Source of the DNA: Hyphomicrobiaceae bacterium UBA2767
GTDB lineage: Bacteria > Pseudomonadota > Alphaproteobacteria > Rhizobiales > Methyloligellaceae
Direction of reading: 5' to 3'
DNA: 55,141 nucleotides
Assembly (NCBI GenBank): GCA_002352635.1
Contig: DEIT01000193.1
Location: 11,545-66,685, forward strand
Shown: positions 43,046 through 51,140 of the stretch, in pieces
How the letters are laid out: the number at the start of each line of letters is the position of its first letter
Numbering within the stretch: the first letter of the stretch is position 1
The notes under the pieces: generated by a model
The model's input: only the letters and a program-made list of their open reading frames with translations
What the model was told of the DNA's origin: nothing
Database searches by the model: none
Translations under genes and position numbers: made by a program

Positions 43046-44059
43046 CTATTTGTAGTCGTAACCCTTTTCCTTGAAATACCGCTCGGCGCCCGGGTGCAGC
43101 TTGATGTTGCCGCGGTGCTTGGCCTTGACGATATTCTCCGGAATGAATGTCTTCATACTCGGATGGATCTTCCGCACTTTGTCCGCATTTTCGAACAAGG
43201 TTTTGGTGAAGTTGTAGACCACTTCTTCGGGAACGTCCTTGTTAACAATAAGCCCCGATGCCATGGTGAGTGTCGGAAGATCCTTTTCCAGCGGGATGTT
43301 TTTGTAAGTATCCTTGGAAATAACACCGCGCCCGTACCCATACGCCTTGACGACTTTGTCAATCGTCTCTTTCGACAAGGGTAGGAATTTCAGATCACGC
43401 ACCGTAGAAACTTCAAGAAGCGTGGGGGCTGGGAGTTGCAGAAGCGTCATGATCATATCGGCCTGACCGTCGCGGACCAGATCAGCTTGCTTCGAGTGAT
43501 TGGCCTGATAGTGGGCGCCACCGTTTGCCTTCAGCTTGTCGACTGAACTGCCAACGGACTCGATCAGCTTTTTGACGGTAAACCCACCCATGGTTTGCAG
43601 ACCGGGGGTCGCTATTTTGGCAGGGTAATTCTTCTCAAAGATCTCCTCGAAGGTATTCAGCGGAAAATCCTTTTTCGCGACGACCTGATAGAAAGTTTCG
43701 TTGAAGCCAAAAGCGATGGCGCGTATGTCCTCATATTTCTTCTTGTAGGGATCATCGCCTATCATCGCCATTTCGGCCGGCACCGTAAGAGACATTCCTA
43801 TATCGGCGTCCTTTGAAGCGACGCGCGGAGGATTTACCAGGCCGCCGCCAGGGATCACCTTGATATTGAGGTCCGAGCCCTGTTTCTTCACGATATCGGC
43901 GATGCCGCCTGAAATCAGATACCAACCCCCCCCAACAGGGCCACCCATCATGGTCAACTCCGCTGCCATCGCGGACGTTGAGAGTCCGGCAGCAAACAGG
44001 CCCGCGGCAATTGCCGTTCTCAATGCACTGAATTTCCTTGGATTTTTCAATTTTTCCAC
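43046..44059 (-). CDS. TRAP transporter solute receptor, TAXI family
   Basis: 337 aa. The signal peptide is ...AAGLSTSAMA/AE. MMGGPVGGGWYLISGGIADIV and VIPGGGLVNP are typical TAXI motifs. Confidence 0.8.
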   Translation of the reverse strand: MEKLKNPRKFSALRTAIAAGLFAAGLSTSAMAAELTMMGGPVGGGWYLISGGIADIVKKQGSDLNIKVIPGGGLVNPPRVASKDADIGMSLTVPAEMAMIGDDPYKKKYEDIRAIAFGFNETFYQVVAKKDFPLNTFEEIFEKNYPAKIATPGLQTMGGFTVKKLIESVGSSVDKLKANGGAHYQANHSKQADLVRDGQADMIMTLLQLPAPTLLEVSTVRDLKFLPLSKETIDKVVKAYGYGRGVISKDTYKNIPLEKDLPTLTMASGLIVNKDVPEEVVYNFTKTLFENADKVRKIHPSMKTFIPENIVKAKHRGNIKLHPGAERYFKEKGYDYK

Positions 44060-44609
44060 CCTTTATTATTAGCTACAATACAGCGCAGCTAAATCTATTT
44101 TTCTATTTTTATAGTGTTATTAAAACCCGATACTTACTAAGTGTAATTAAATTAAATATATTTGTGTTATTGTTCTCTATTTAATTATTACTTAGAATCA
44201 AATTTCTATAAGCTAAACCATCTGGATATTAGCAGCTGGGAGCTATAACGTCATATAAATAAAAACGATTATTTCAATGCTATTTTGGCATGGCGAAAAT
44301 GGAGTGCAAATCACGGACCGGGATCTATCGCGAGCGATCTGTGGTCAGGTCTCCGGGCCCCGGGATGCAGGTGTGTTCTCCAGCATCAATCGCACCGCAG
44401 GATTCAGCTTCAACCCTTGATAGTCCTCGCTTGAGCTAGCCCGCCCTGTTCTTGTCGCAGAAGCAAACGTTCGTCCCTGGTTCGTTCGCAGTTTTGTGTG
44501 TCTTGGCCGAATGCTCCGGCGATAGCTAATGGTGAGGGATTGCGCCTTCTGTGGGGCATAAAGAATGTAATTGTAACAGTGACAATCCGTACATTAATTC
44601 ATAAGAATA

Positions 44610-44638
44610 TTGACAGATTTGGCGTTTCAACGCATAAT
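44610..44638 (+). promoter_or_regulatory. Near-consensus sigma70-like promoter TTGACA-N17-CATAAT with no annotated gene within about 600 nt downstream
   Basis: I counted the hexamers and the 17-nt spacer directly. It is followed by GAGGGGG (44651-44657). Confidence 0.45.
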
Positions 44639-44676
44639 TGGCCTAGTTTAGAGGGGGAATTTCATTGCGGATTGAG

Positions 44677-44728
44677 AAACAGAACAATGCGCTCATTAAT
44701 ACAAACAGAACAATGCGCTCATTAATAC
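44677..44728. repeat. Perfect tandem duplication of the 26-mer AAACAGAACAATGCGCTCATTAATAC (44677-44702 and 44703-44728)
   Basis: Read directly. The two copies are identical and contiguous. Confidence 0.95.
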
Positions 44729-45162
44729 GGTGATTAGGGGAGCTACTGAACCTACACCAAAATTGTATCAATTTTTCACAGCAATTCAGCGACATTGATT
44801 TTTGCAAAAACTGAGATATCGGATTGGTAAAAAGGGGTGTGTAGGTGGAAATAGTCCCGGTCGGCACAAACTAGATGCACGTAACCGTCATATTGAGCGG
44901 GAGTGGGGATGTCGCGGGAGTTGGAGTCCAGGCTGCTGACGCGACCGAGGGCAAGAAACAGCTCGAAAAAATTCAAGAATACGGCGGAGATCCACACCTA
45001 GCGCTTGAGGATCTCAGCACGGGCGTGGTCGATGTTAGCGCCTTTCGTCACCGCGTGCTCAGCAAACGGCGATCGAGGATAGCTGCGCTAGCATAATGAT
45101 CGAATTTACCGATCACATCATAAAGGCTTTGTAAAAGAAATTGCTCCCTGAGAAATAGCACG

Positions 45163-45180
45163 AATACGCTGGGGCGTATT
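45163..45180. promoter_or_regulatory. Inverted repeat AATACGC-N4-GCGTATT about 85 nt upstream of DszC-like paralog 3
   Basis: Read directly. It has perfect 7-bp arms. Confidence 0.35.
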
Positions 45181-45263
45181 TGCGCACGTCCACATCAACC
45201 TTGCGAATTCTATCAGGCATGATCCACATGAACTTTTAACTCAGTAGTCAGGAAGAGAAAATA

Positions 45264-46463
45264 ATGGATTTTGAACTCGACAAACACCACCAGGAATTCC
45301 AGGAAAAGTTCCGTGCTATCGCGGACACGGCCGTCGCTAAAAATGCCCGTCGTCATGATGAGAATGCCTCGGTCCCCGTCGAGATGATGGAGACCCTTCA
45401 CAAAGCTGGTTTGATGGAGATCTGCGTTCCCAAAGATTTCGGTGGCCACGGCTCCAGTTTCGTAACTGGGCATGACCCCTTATCCTTTATAATTGGAATT
45501 GAAGAAATCGCACGTGTCGACATGGGGGCGGCGCATTGTTTTCAGGTTCATGGCCACTCATGCATGCTCCTCGAACATGCATGCAACGACGACCAGAAAA
45601 AGCGTTATTTCGGACCGGTTGTGGATAAGGGGACACCAATTTCCTGGACTGGCAGCGAATTCGGTAGGACCGCGCGTGGCCAATATAATCTGCAGAGCGA
45701 CGCTATCAAAAAGGATGGCGGCTTCCTGCTCAACGGTGTCAAGAACTATGGCACCAATGCCTCGGTAGCTGACTGGAACATTGTTGCCCTGAGCAGCGAT
45801 CAGGGAGAAATGCCCGAAAATTTCTTGTTGGTTATGATCCCCGCTGGCGCGGAAGGCTTCGAAGTCGACGCCTCTTGGTGGGACCCGACCGGCATGCGCT
45901 CCGCGGTCAGCCCTAAACTGACTCTCAAGGACGTCTTTGTCTCGGATGAGGATATCCTCGTCGGACCGGGTTACTATCCGCGCGAACAACTGGGGTCTCG
46001 CTGGCACCTTGGCTTTGGCGCCTCTCATCTTGGTGCGGCGCAAGGCATGTTCGATTTCATCCTTGAGTATCTGCCCAAGCGCGGGACCACGGGCGATCCG
46101 CATTCGCAGCGGGCAATTGGTGAAATGAAGATGCGTCTTACAGCAGCCCGAGACATACTTTATCACGCCGGACTTCTCTGGTCGGGGGACGATCTTGCCA
46201 AGGCCGAGGAATATTCCTTGATGGCGAAGCTTTACTGCATCATGACAGCCGAGTGGATGATAAGCGAAACCATACGTGTCGTGGGGTCAAGCGCGCTGCT
46301 CAAGACTTACGACCTTGAGCGTCCGGTCCGTGACATCCATATCCACAGTACGCACGCCAACCTCTACAGCACGGCGCAGTTGATTGGTCGTTCGGCGTTG
46401 GGGATGGAGTTTGATTCAACTCAGCAGCAGATAGCGGTCGAGACAAAGAAGGCCAATGCGTAA
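45264..46463 (+). CDS. ACAD-fold protein, DszC/SfnB-like, paralog 3
   Basis: 399 aa. Motifs are AHCFQVHGH, KNYGTNA, WDPTGMRSAVSP and a C-terminal RDIHIHSTHANLYS. AGGAAGAG lies upstream of the ATG. Confidence 0.65.
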   Translation: MDFELDKHHQEFQEKFRAIADTAVAKNARRHDENASVPVEMMETLHKAGLMEICVPKDFGGHGSSFVTGHDPLSFIIGIEEIARVDMGAAHCFQVHGHSCMLLEHACNDDQKKRYFGPVVDKGTPISWTGSEFGRTARGQYNLQSDAIKKDGGFLLNGVKNYGTNASVADWNIVALSSDQGEMPENFLLVMIPAGAEGFEVDASWWDPTGMRSAVSPKLTLKDVFVSDEDILVGPGYYPREQLGSRWHLGFGASHLGAAQGMFDFILEYLPKRGTTGDPHSQRAIGEMKMRLTAARDILYHAGLLWSGDDLAKAEEYSLMAKLYCIMTAEWMISETIRVVGSSALLKTYDLERPVRDIHIHSTHANLYSTAQLIGRSALGMEFDSTQQQIAVETKKANA

Positions 46464-46638
46464 TCGAAGCGGAAACACATATACGGATCAATTCGCCCAA
46501 ATTTGAAAATTCTGATGAGCGAACAGGCATTTATCACGGTGGCTGAAAGATGAACTTTTGAAATAGCTGGCGCAAGGCCAATCAAGTCTCCCATAAACTG
46601 CGGTGTTGAGGTGACGAAACAAAAATATCACCGCTTTT

Positions 46639-47784
46639 GTGCAGAAGATGGAGGAAGCTGTGAAATTATCAACTGTAAAGGTAGCGTTTTTAGCATTGGC
46701 TGGTTTGTTCATTGCCAACATCGCGATCGCCGCGGAGCCGGTAAAAATCATTTATGCCAACTACATAAGTCCCAAACACCCGACAAATGCCGCTCTCGTG
46801 AAGTTTTTCGAAAAGATCGAGAAAGAGTCGAAAGGCGGTATTGATTTTCAATGGCATTTCGGCTCGTCCCTGTTAGGGGCGAAAGATATTCCTGCCGGTG
46901 TTCGTGACGGCCTCGCAGATTCTGGTTATATGCTGGGCATTTTCGTCCCCTCAGAAATGCCGGTCGACAATTATATTGGCGACTTTATTATGCTCAACGA
47001 TGATGCAATGGCGATAACCGGAGCTATCAACGAACTTATCATTCTTGATTGCCCCCAATGCAAGAAAGAATACGAACAAGACCTCAAGGTAAAATATCTG
47101 GGCAGCTATTCGCTGACACCATATGTTATGCAATGCAAGAAGGAGTTCCGCAGCCTGAAAGACTTAAAGGGTGCCAAGATTCGCGGTTTTTCAAGTGTCG
47201 CAGAAATGATCAAGGGCATGGGTGCGGTTCCTGTTGGGGTGACCACGAGTGAAATGTATGAGGCATTGGATCGCGGTATTCTCGACTGTACCGCCCACAT
47301 GCTGGCCAGTCAGCGTAATTTTTCGCTGGGCGAAGTTGCAAAAAATGTTATCACTACCTCGCTTGGCGGCTTCATGGGTGGCTCTATGCTGAACATTCGA
47401 TTGGATAAGTGGGCAGAACTTTCCTCGGAACAAAAATCCATTGTCATCAAAAATCTGCCAGCCGTGATATCCGAAACAACTTTCAATTATCTCAAGCTGG
47501 ACAAGGAAGTTCGCACGGAAATGGAGGCAAAAGGCAATAAGTTCTACGAAGCTGACAAAAATCTTGCCGAGTTTATCGCCAAGTTCCGCAAGGATTATGT
47601 TGAAAACCGCGCTGTGAACAAAGGCAAAGAGCGTGGTGTGAAAAATCCCGAGGAAATCAAGAAGAAGATTGTTGCCCTTAAGAAAAAATGGCAGAAGCTT
47701 TTTGACGAGCACGGACGTGATCAAGCGACATTTGAAAAGCTTTTGTGGGAACACATATACAGCAAGATGGGTGCGCAAGGTTAA
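46639..47784 (+). CDS. DctP-type TRAP periplasmic solute-binding protein (orphan: no DctQ/DctM nearby)
   Basis: It has a signal peptide (KVAFLALAGLFIANIAIAAEP) and a DctP-like body (KIRGFSSVAEMIKGMGAVPVGVTTSEMYEALDRGILD). The start is ambiguous among GTG 46639, ATG 46648, or GTG 46660 following GGAGGA. Confidence 0.75.
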   Translation: MQKMEEAVKLSTVKVAFLALAGLFIANIAIAAEPVKIIYANYISPKHPTNAALVKFFEKIEKESKGGIDFQWHFGSSLLGAKDIPAGVRDGLADSGYMLGIFVPSEMPVDNYIGDFIMLNDDAMAITGAINELIILDCPQCKKEYEQDLKVKYLGSYSLTPYVMQCKKEFRSLKDLKGAKIRGFSSVAEMIKGMGAVPVGVTTSEMYEALDRGILDCTAHMLASQRNFSLGEVAKNVITTSLGGFMGGSMLNIRLDKWAELSSEQKSIVIKNLPAVISETTFNYLKLDKEVRTEMEAKGNKFYEADKNLAEFIAKFRKDYVENRAVNKGKERGVKNPEEIKKKIVALKKKWQKLFDEHGRDQATFEKLLWEHIYSKMGAQG

Positions 47785-47818
47785 ATACGAACTTTATCGC
47801 AACATCCGCTGATTAGTG

Positions 47819-47850
47819 GGACATGGGTCTTCGAAGGGAGGCCCATGTCC
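47819..47850. terminator. Hairpin GGACATGGG-N14-CCCATGTCC between convergent genes (possible bidirectional terminator)
   Basis: It has a 9-bp perfect stem, read directly. It lies 35 nt after the SBP stop and 22 nt before the CoA-transferase stop. There is no clear U-tract on either strand. Confidence 0.4.
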
Positions 47851-47871
47851 ATCTGCAAAAACCGTTTCTTC

Positions 47872-49092
47872 TTAATCCGCTGGCGTGCCGGCGACAATTC
47901 CGGCGTCAAACAGTTTTCCGATCTCATTCGCCGACAGTCCCAACACATCTGACAGTACGGCTTCGGAATGCTCGCCAGGCAAGGGTGCTGCCGGCACGTC
48001 TCCACGTGGGAACGCCTCGAAATCAAGAGGTATGTGCGGGGCCAGATGCGGGCCGATACCAGGTTGGTCAAGCCGGCCGAATAACGGGTTATCCAACGAG
48101 CAGCGTGAATCCTCGGTGGCCAGTTGTTTGAATGTCTGGAATGGGCCCCACAGCACACCCGTGCCGGAAAATACACTGCGGATTTCGTCCAGGGTGCGGG
48201 CCTCAAACCACGGTTCGAGAACAGTCGAGATTGCATCGCGTGCATGGTAGCGGCCGGCCTCATCCGACAAGTCGGCGCCGGTGTTATCCTGCAACGCTTG
48301 CATCTGCTCGTTCGTTTCCGTCGCGTCGCACATCGCCCGCCATTGTTTGTTGGAGATGCCCGTCACCATGACACGCCGTCCATCGGCTGTTGCAAAATCC
48401 CGGCCGAAGGCACCGAAGACCTGGTTCCCGAGTGTCGGGCGGGGCTCGTCATTTATCTGTGCTTCACTCAGATAGCTGAGGTTTCCGACCGTTGCCAGCA
48501 TGACATCAGCGAGCGTGATGGTGATGGTCTGGCCCTCGCCCGTGAGGCGGCGATGGCGTTCAGCGGCAAGGAGGCCCGTCGCCAGGTAGAGCGACGTGGA
48601 TATATCCCAAATAGGGGCAACGTGATTAGTGGGTTGTGCGCTATTGCCGGTAATGTCGGGAAAACCACTCGCACAGTTAATCGTATAGTCGACGGCCGTC
48701 GAGCCATCGGGGTTTCCAAAAACCTGCAAGGCAATCAGGTCGGGGCGCAATTTCTTGACCTCCTCCGTCGCCATTGGTCCTTTCAGCGGCAGGTTACTGA
48801 GAACAATTCCACCACCATCACCGGGGCTTCCGGCCATCAATTGCGCCGCAAGGTCACGTCCCTCCGGCTGCTTTAAATCGATGCGGATTGACCGTTTGGC
48901 CTTGTTGATGGCGGGATAATAAAGGCTGTTCCCGTCCTTCGTGTGCGGCCAGCGGTTTTCGTCCATGCGTCCGGAGATGGGATTAATCTGCACGATGTCC
49001 GCGCCCAGCTGTCCCAGCGTCATCCCACATAAGGGCGCGGCAATGTATGCGGATATCTCAGCCACGCGCAGACCGTCAAGGATGCCTTTCAT
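47872..49092 (-). CDS. Family III CoA-transferase (CaiB/BaiF) #2
   Basis: 406 aa. LDGLRVAEISAYIAAPLCGMTLGQLGADIV has the CaiB/BaiF N-terminal layout. The general look is that of the 2-methylfumaryl-CoA isomerase / mesaconyl-CoA transferase-like subgroup (low certainty). Confidence 0.75.
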   Translation of the reverse strand: MKGILDGLRVAEISAYIAAPLCGMTLGQLGADIVQINPISGRMDENRWPHTKDGNSLYYPAINKAKRSIRIDLKQPEGRDLAAQLMAGSPGDGGGIVLSNLPLKGPMATEEVKKLRPDLIALQVFGNPDGSTAVDYTINCASGFPDITGNSAQPTNHVAPIWDISTSLYLATGLLAAERHRRLTGEGQTITITLADVMLATVGNLSYLSEAQINDEPRPTLGNQVFGAFGRDFATADGRRVMVTGISNKQWRAMCDATETNEQMQALQDNTGADLSDEAGRYHARDAISTVLEPWFEARTLDEIRSVFSGTGVLWGPFQTFKQLATEDSRCSLDNPLFGRLDQPGIGPHLAPHIPLDFEAFPRGDVPAAPLPGEHSEAVLSDVLGLSANEIGKLFDAGIVAGTPAD

Positions 49093-49345
49093 GAAACTAC
49101 ACCGCCATTTCGTAGACCGGTGCCGGGCATGGACTTTCTCCTTTTGCTTTCTGTTTTGCGGGTCTTCTTGTGGCTGTAAATCGGCTCGATTTCGCCATGT
49201 TTTTGATGCCGGCGCGAGGCGGGAAACAGCTCAAATATCTACCATTTCGATCTGCTGCTGGGGGTGGTCGGAACTCTGGGCAATTACAGCAAGGAAAAAA
49301 GACCGGACCGCACTGAAAATAGAAATATTTTTGATGACCAACCCC

Positions 49346-49358
49346 AAGACAATGTCTT
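49346..49358. promoter_or_regulatory. Palindrome AAGACA-A-TGTCTT in the divergent region between CoA-transferase #2 and the DinB-like gene
   Basis: Read directly. It has 6-bp arms. Confidence 0.3.
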
Positions 49359-49442
49359 AATATCAGCTAGTTAGAAATTTTCCAACAACAATGACACTGC
49401 TGCTTAATCTGATTTTTCTGCGTCGCTAGGGGGTGCTACGAA

Positions 49443-50246
49443 ATGCTGGAACAGGCCCTTGACTTCAAGGACGAAAGCGATGCGGTCCACGCCCTTATCG
49501 ATCCCTTTGATGAGGGTGATTACGATAAGCCGACGCAGTTCAAGAAATGGACGGCAAACCACATTCTCCAGCACCTGCATTTTTATAATGTGCTCGCAGA
49601 TCTGTCGCTGACCAACGAAGACGAGTTCATCCGCCGGTACGATGAAATGAAGCAATTGCGCGAAGCCGGTGGAGATATTCTTTCGGCCACTGACGAGCTT
49701 TTGAACGGACTCAAGGGTCGCCTCCTGAAAAATGCGTGGCGCGATTATTATCGCGATATGGGAGACAGGTGGATCAAGGCCGACCCGAAGCAGCGTTTGA
49801 AGTGGGCCGGGCCCACCATGAGTGCGCGATCCTCGATCAGTGCGCGCCTGATGGAAACCTGGTCGCATGCGCAGGCGCTCTACGATAATCTCGGCGTTGT
49901 GCGGCAGAACACTGACCGGATCAAGAGTGTCGCGGTCCTTGGCGTCAATACATTCGGCTGGACATTTTCCAATCGCGATGAAGATGTGCCGGCGGAGCGA
50001 CCCTATGTTCGGCTGGAGGCGCCGTCCGGCATGACCTGGGAGTGGGGCGATAAATCGGACCAGAACTATGTCATGGGGCCTGCCGAGGCATTCTGCATGG
50101 TTGTAACCCAAACGCGCAATATCGGCGACGTGACGCTGGATGTGGGGGGTGATGTGGCCACGGAATGGATGTCGAAAGCGCAGTGTTTTGCCGGTGTCCC
50201 AAGGGATGCGCCGAAACCGGGGGCACGGTTTGTCTGTGTGACGTAA
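49443..50246 (+). CDS. DinB/MDMPI-like metal-binding protein (resembles the TIGR03084 family found beside acyl-CoA carboxylases)
   Basis: 267 aa. It has a His-rich N-terminal helix (WTANHILQHLHFYN) and ARLMETWSHAQALYDNLG, as in the mycothiol-maleylpyruvate-isomerase N-terminal fold. Confidence 0.55.
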   Translation: MLEQALDFKDESDAVHALIDPFDEGDYDKPTQFKKWTANHILQHLHFYNVLADLSLTNEDEFIRRYDEMKQLREAGGDILSATDELLNGLKGRLLKNAWRDYYRDMGDRWIKADPKQRLKWAGPTMSARSSISARLMETWSHAQALYDNLGVVRQNTDRIKSVAVLGVNTFGWTFSNRDEDVPAERPYVRLEAPSGMTWEWGDKSDQNYVMGPAEAFCMVVTQTRNIGDVTLDVGGDVATEWMSKAQCFAGVPRDAPKPGARFVCVT

Positions 50247-50294
50247 GCGATGTAAGCGCACCTCAATCAATAGAGTATTCAAGGAATATTGCAG

Positions 50295-51110
50295 ATGGCA
50301 GAACTCCCTAAATGCGAAATGCTGCTGGTCGAGAAATCCGGCACGCGATTGGACGTCACGTTCAACCGTCCCAACCAGAGAAATGCGATCAATCAACAGA
50401 TGTCTGATGAGATCGTCTCCCTGGTCGACTGGCTTGAAGACAATTCGTCGGTGCGTCTTGTCGTATTGCGCGGTGCGGGCGGACACTTTTGCGCGGGGGG
50501 CGACATTAAGGAGCGAAAAGCGCATGCCGATGTTGCGCTGGATGGGCGCGACCCCATTCTGGTGCGCAATGAGCGGACTGGCCTGACGTTTTGCCGCTTC
50601 GAACGGTTGCCGCAGACGACGATCGCCCTTGTGGAGGGGTCCGCCTTTGGCGGAGGGTTTGGCTATGCCTGCCTGGCCGACATTACGATCCTCACCAAAG
50701 GCGCCCGCATGGGCATGCCCGAGACAACGCTTGGCGTGGCGCCCGCGCAGATCGCGCCGCTCGTAGTCAAGCGTGTTGGTTTGACGCGGGCCCGGCAACT
50801 GGCTCTGACGGCGGAACGTTTTGATGGAGCAAGCGCCTATGAATACGGAGTTGGGCAGTATCTCTGCGAGGACGCGGAAGCCGATGCAACCCTGGAGGAA
50901 GTGGTCGCCAAGGTGATGAAATGCGGTCCGATCGCCTGTGCTGCAACCAAAGACATCATGCTGCGGGTTGGAACAATGTCGCCGGAGGAGCAAGCGCGCT
51001 ATGCCGCTGAACGGTTTGCCGAGATGAACAGGTCCGGTGAAGGTAAGGAGGGGCAGACCGCTTTCACGGAAAAGCGCAAACCCAGATGGGATCAAGTGCA
51101 AGAGGGCTGA
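50295..51110 (+). CDS. Enoyl-CoA hydratase (crotonase) #2, AtuE/LiuC-like by context
   Basis: ATG 50295. Motifs are VTFNRPNQRNAI...GGHFCAGGDI...EGSAFGGGFGYACLAD. Confidence 0.8.
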   Translation: MAELPKCEMLLVEKSGTRLDVTFNRPNQRNAINQQMSDEIVSLVDWLEDNSSVRLVVLRGAGGHFCAGGDIKERKAHADVALDGRDPILVRNERTGLTFCRFERLPQTTIALVEGSAFGGGFGYACLADITILTKGARMGMPETTLGVAPAQIAPLVVKRVGLTRARQLALTAERFDGASAYEYGVGQYLCEDAEADATLEEVVAKVMKCGPIACAATKDIMLRVGTMSPEEQARYAAERFAEMNRSGEGKEGQTAFTEKRKPRWDQVQEG

Positions 51111-51140
51111 GAGTACGGGTGCAGCGCAGGATTGCCGCCG

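Noticed and set aside
44286-44300. TGGCAT, considered as a sigma54 -24 element
   Set aside because: The expected TTGC at the -12 position reads AAAT. The similar TGGCATGCGTTGCG at about 37413 places its GC dinucleotide 10 nt after the GG rather than the consensus 12.
44875-45096. A 73-aa ORF (and the 44776-44997 minus-strand ORF) in the 1.2-kb gap, considered as a possible small protein or toxin-antitoxin remnant
   Set aside because: It has no SD, I recognise no fold or motif, and the neighbouring frames are broken. I left it as part of the non-coding-region finding rather than calling a gene.
45558-48876. ORFs 45558-46166 (-), 47191-47778 (-) and 48124-48876 (+)
   Set aside because: Each lies antisense within a well-supported gene (DszC-like paralog 3, the DctP receptor and CoA-transferase #2 respectively).
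49404-51101. A 565-aa minus-strand ORF, the longest unexplained ORF in the track
   Set aside because: It lies entirely antisense to two well-supported plus-strand genes (the DinB-like gene at 49443-50246 and the crotonase at 50295-51110). It is Arg/Gly/Pro/His-rich and low in complexity, with no recognisable motifs. It is a typical shadow ORF.
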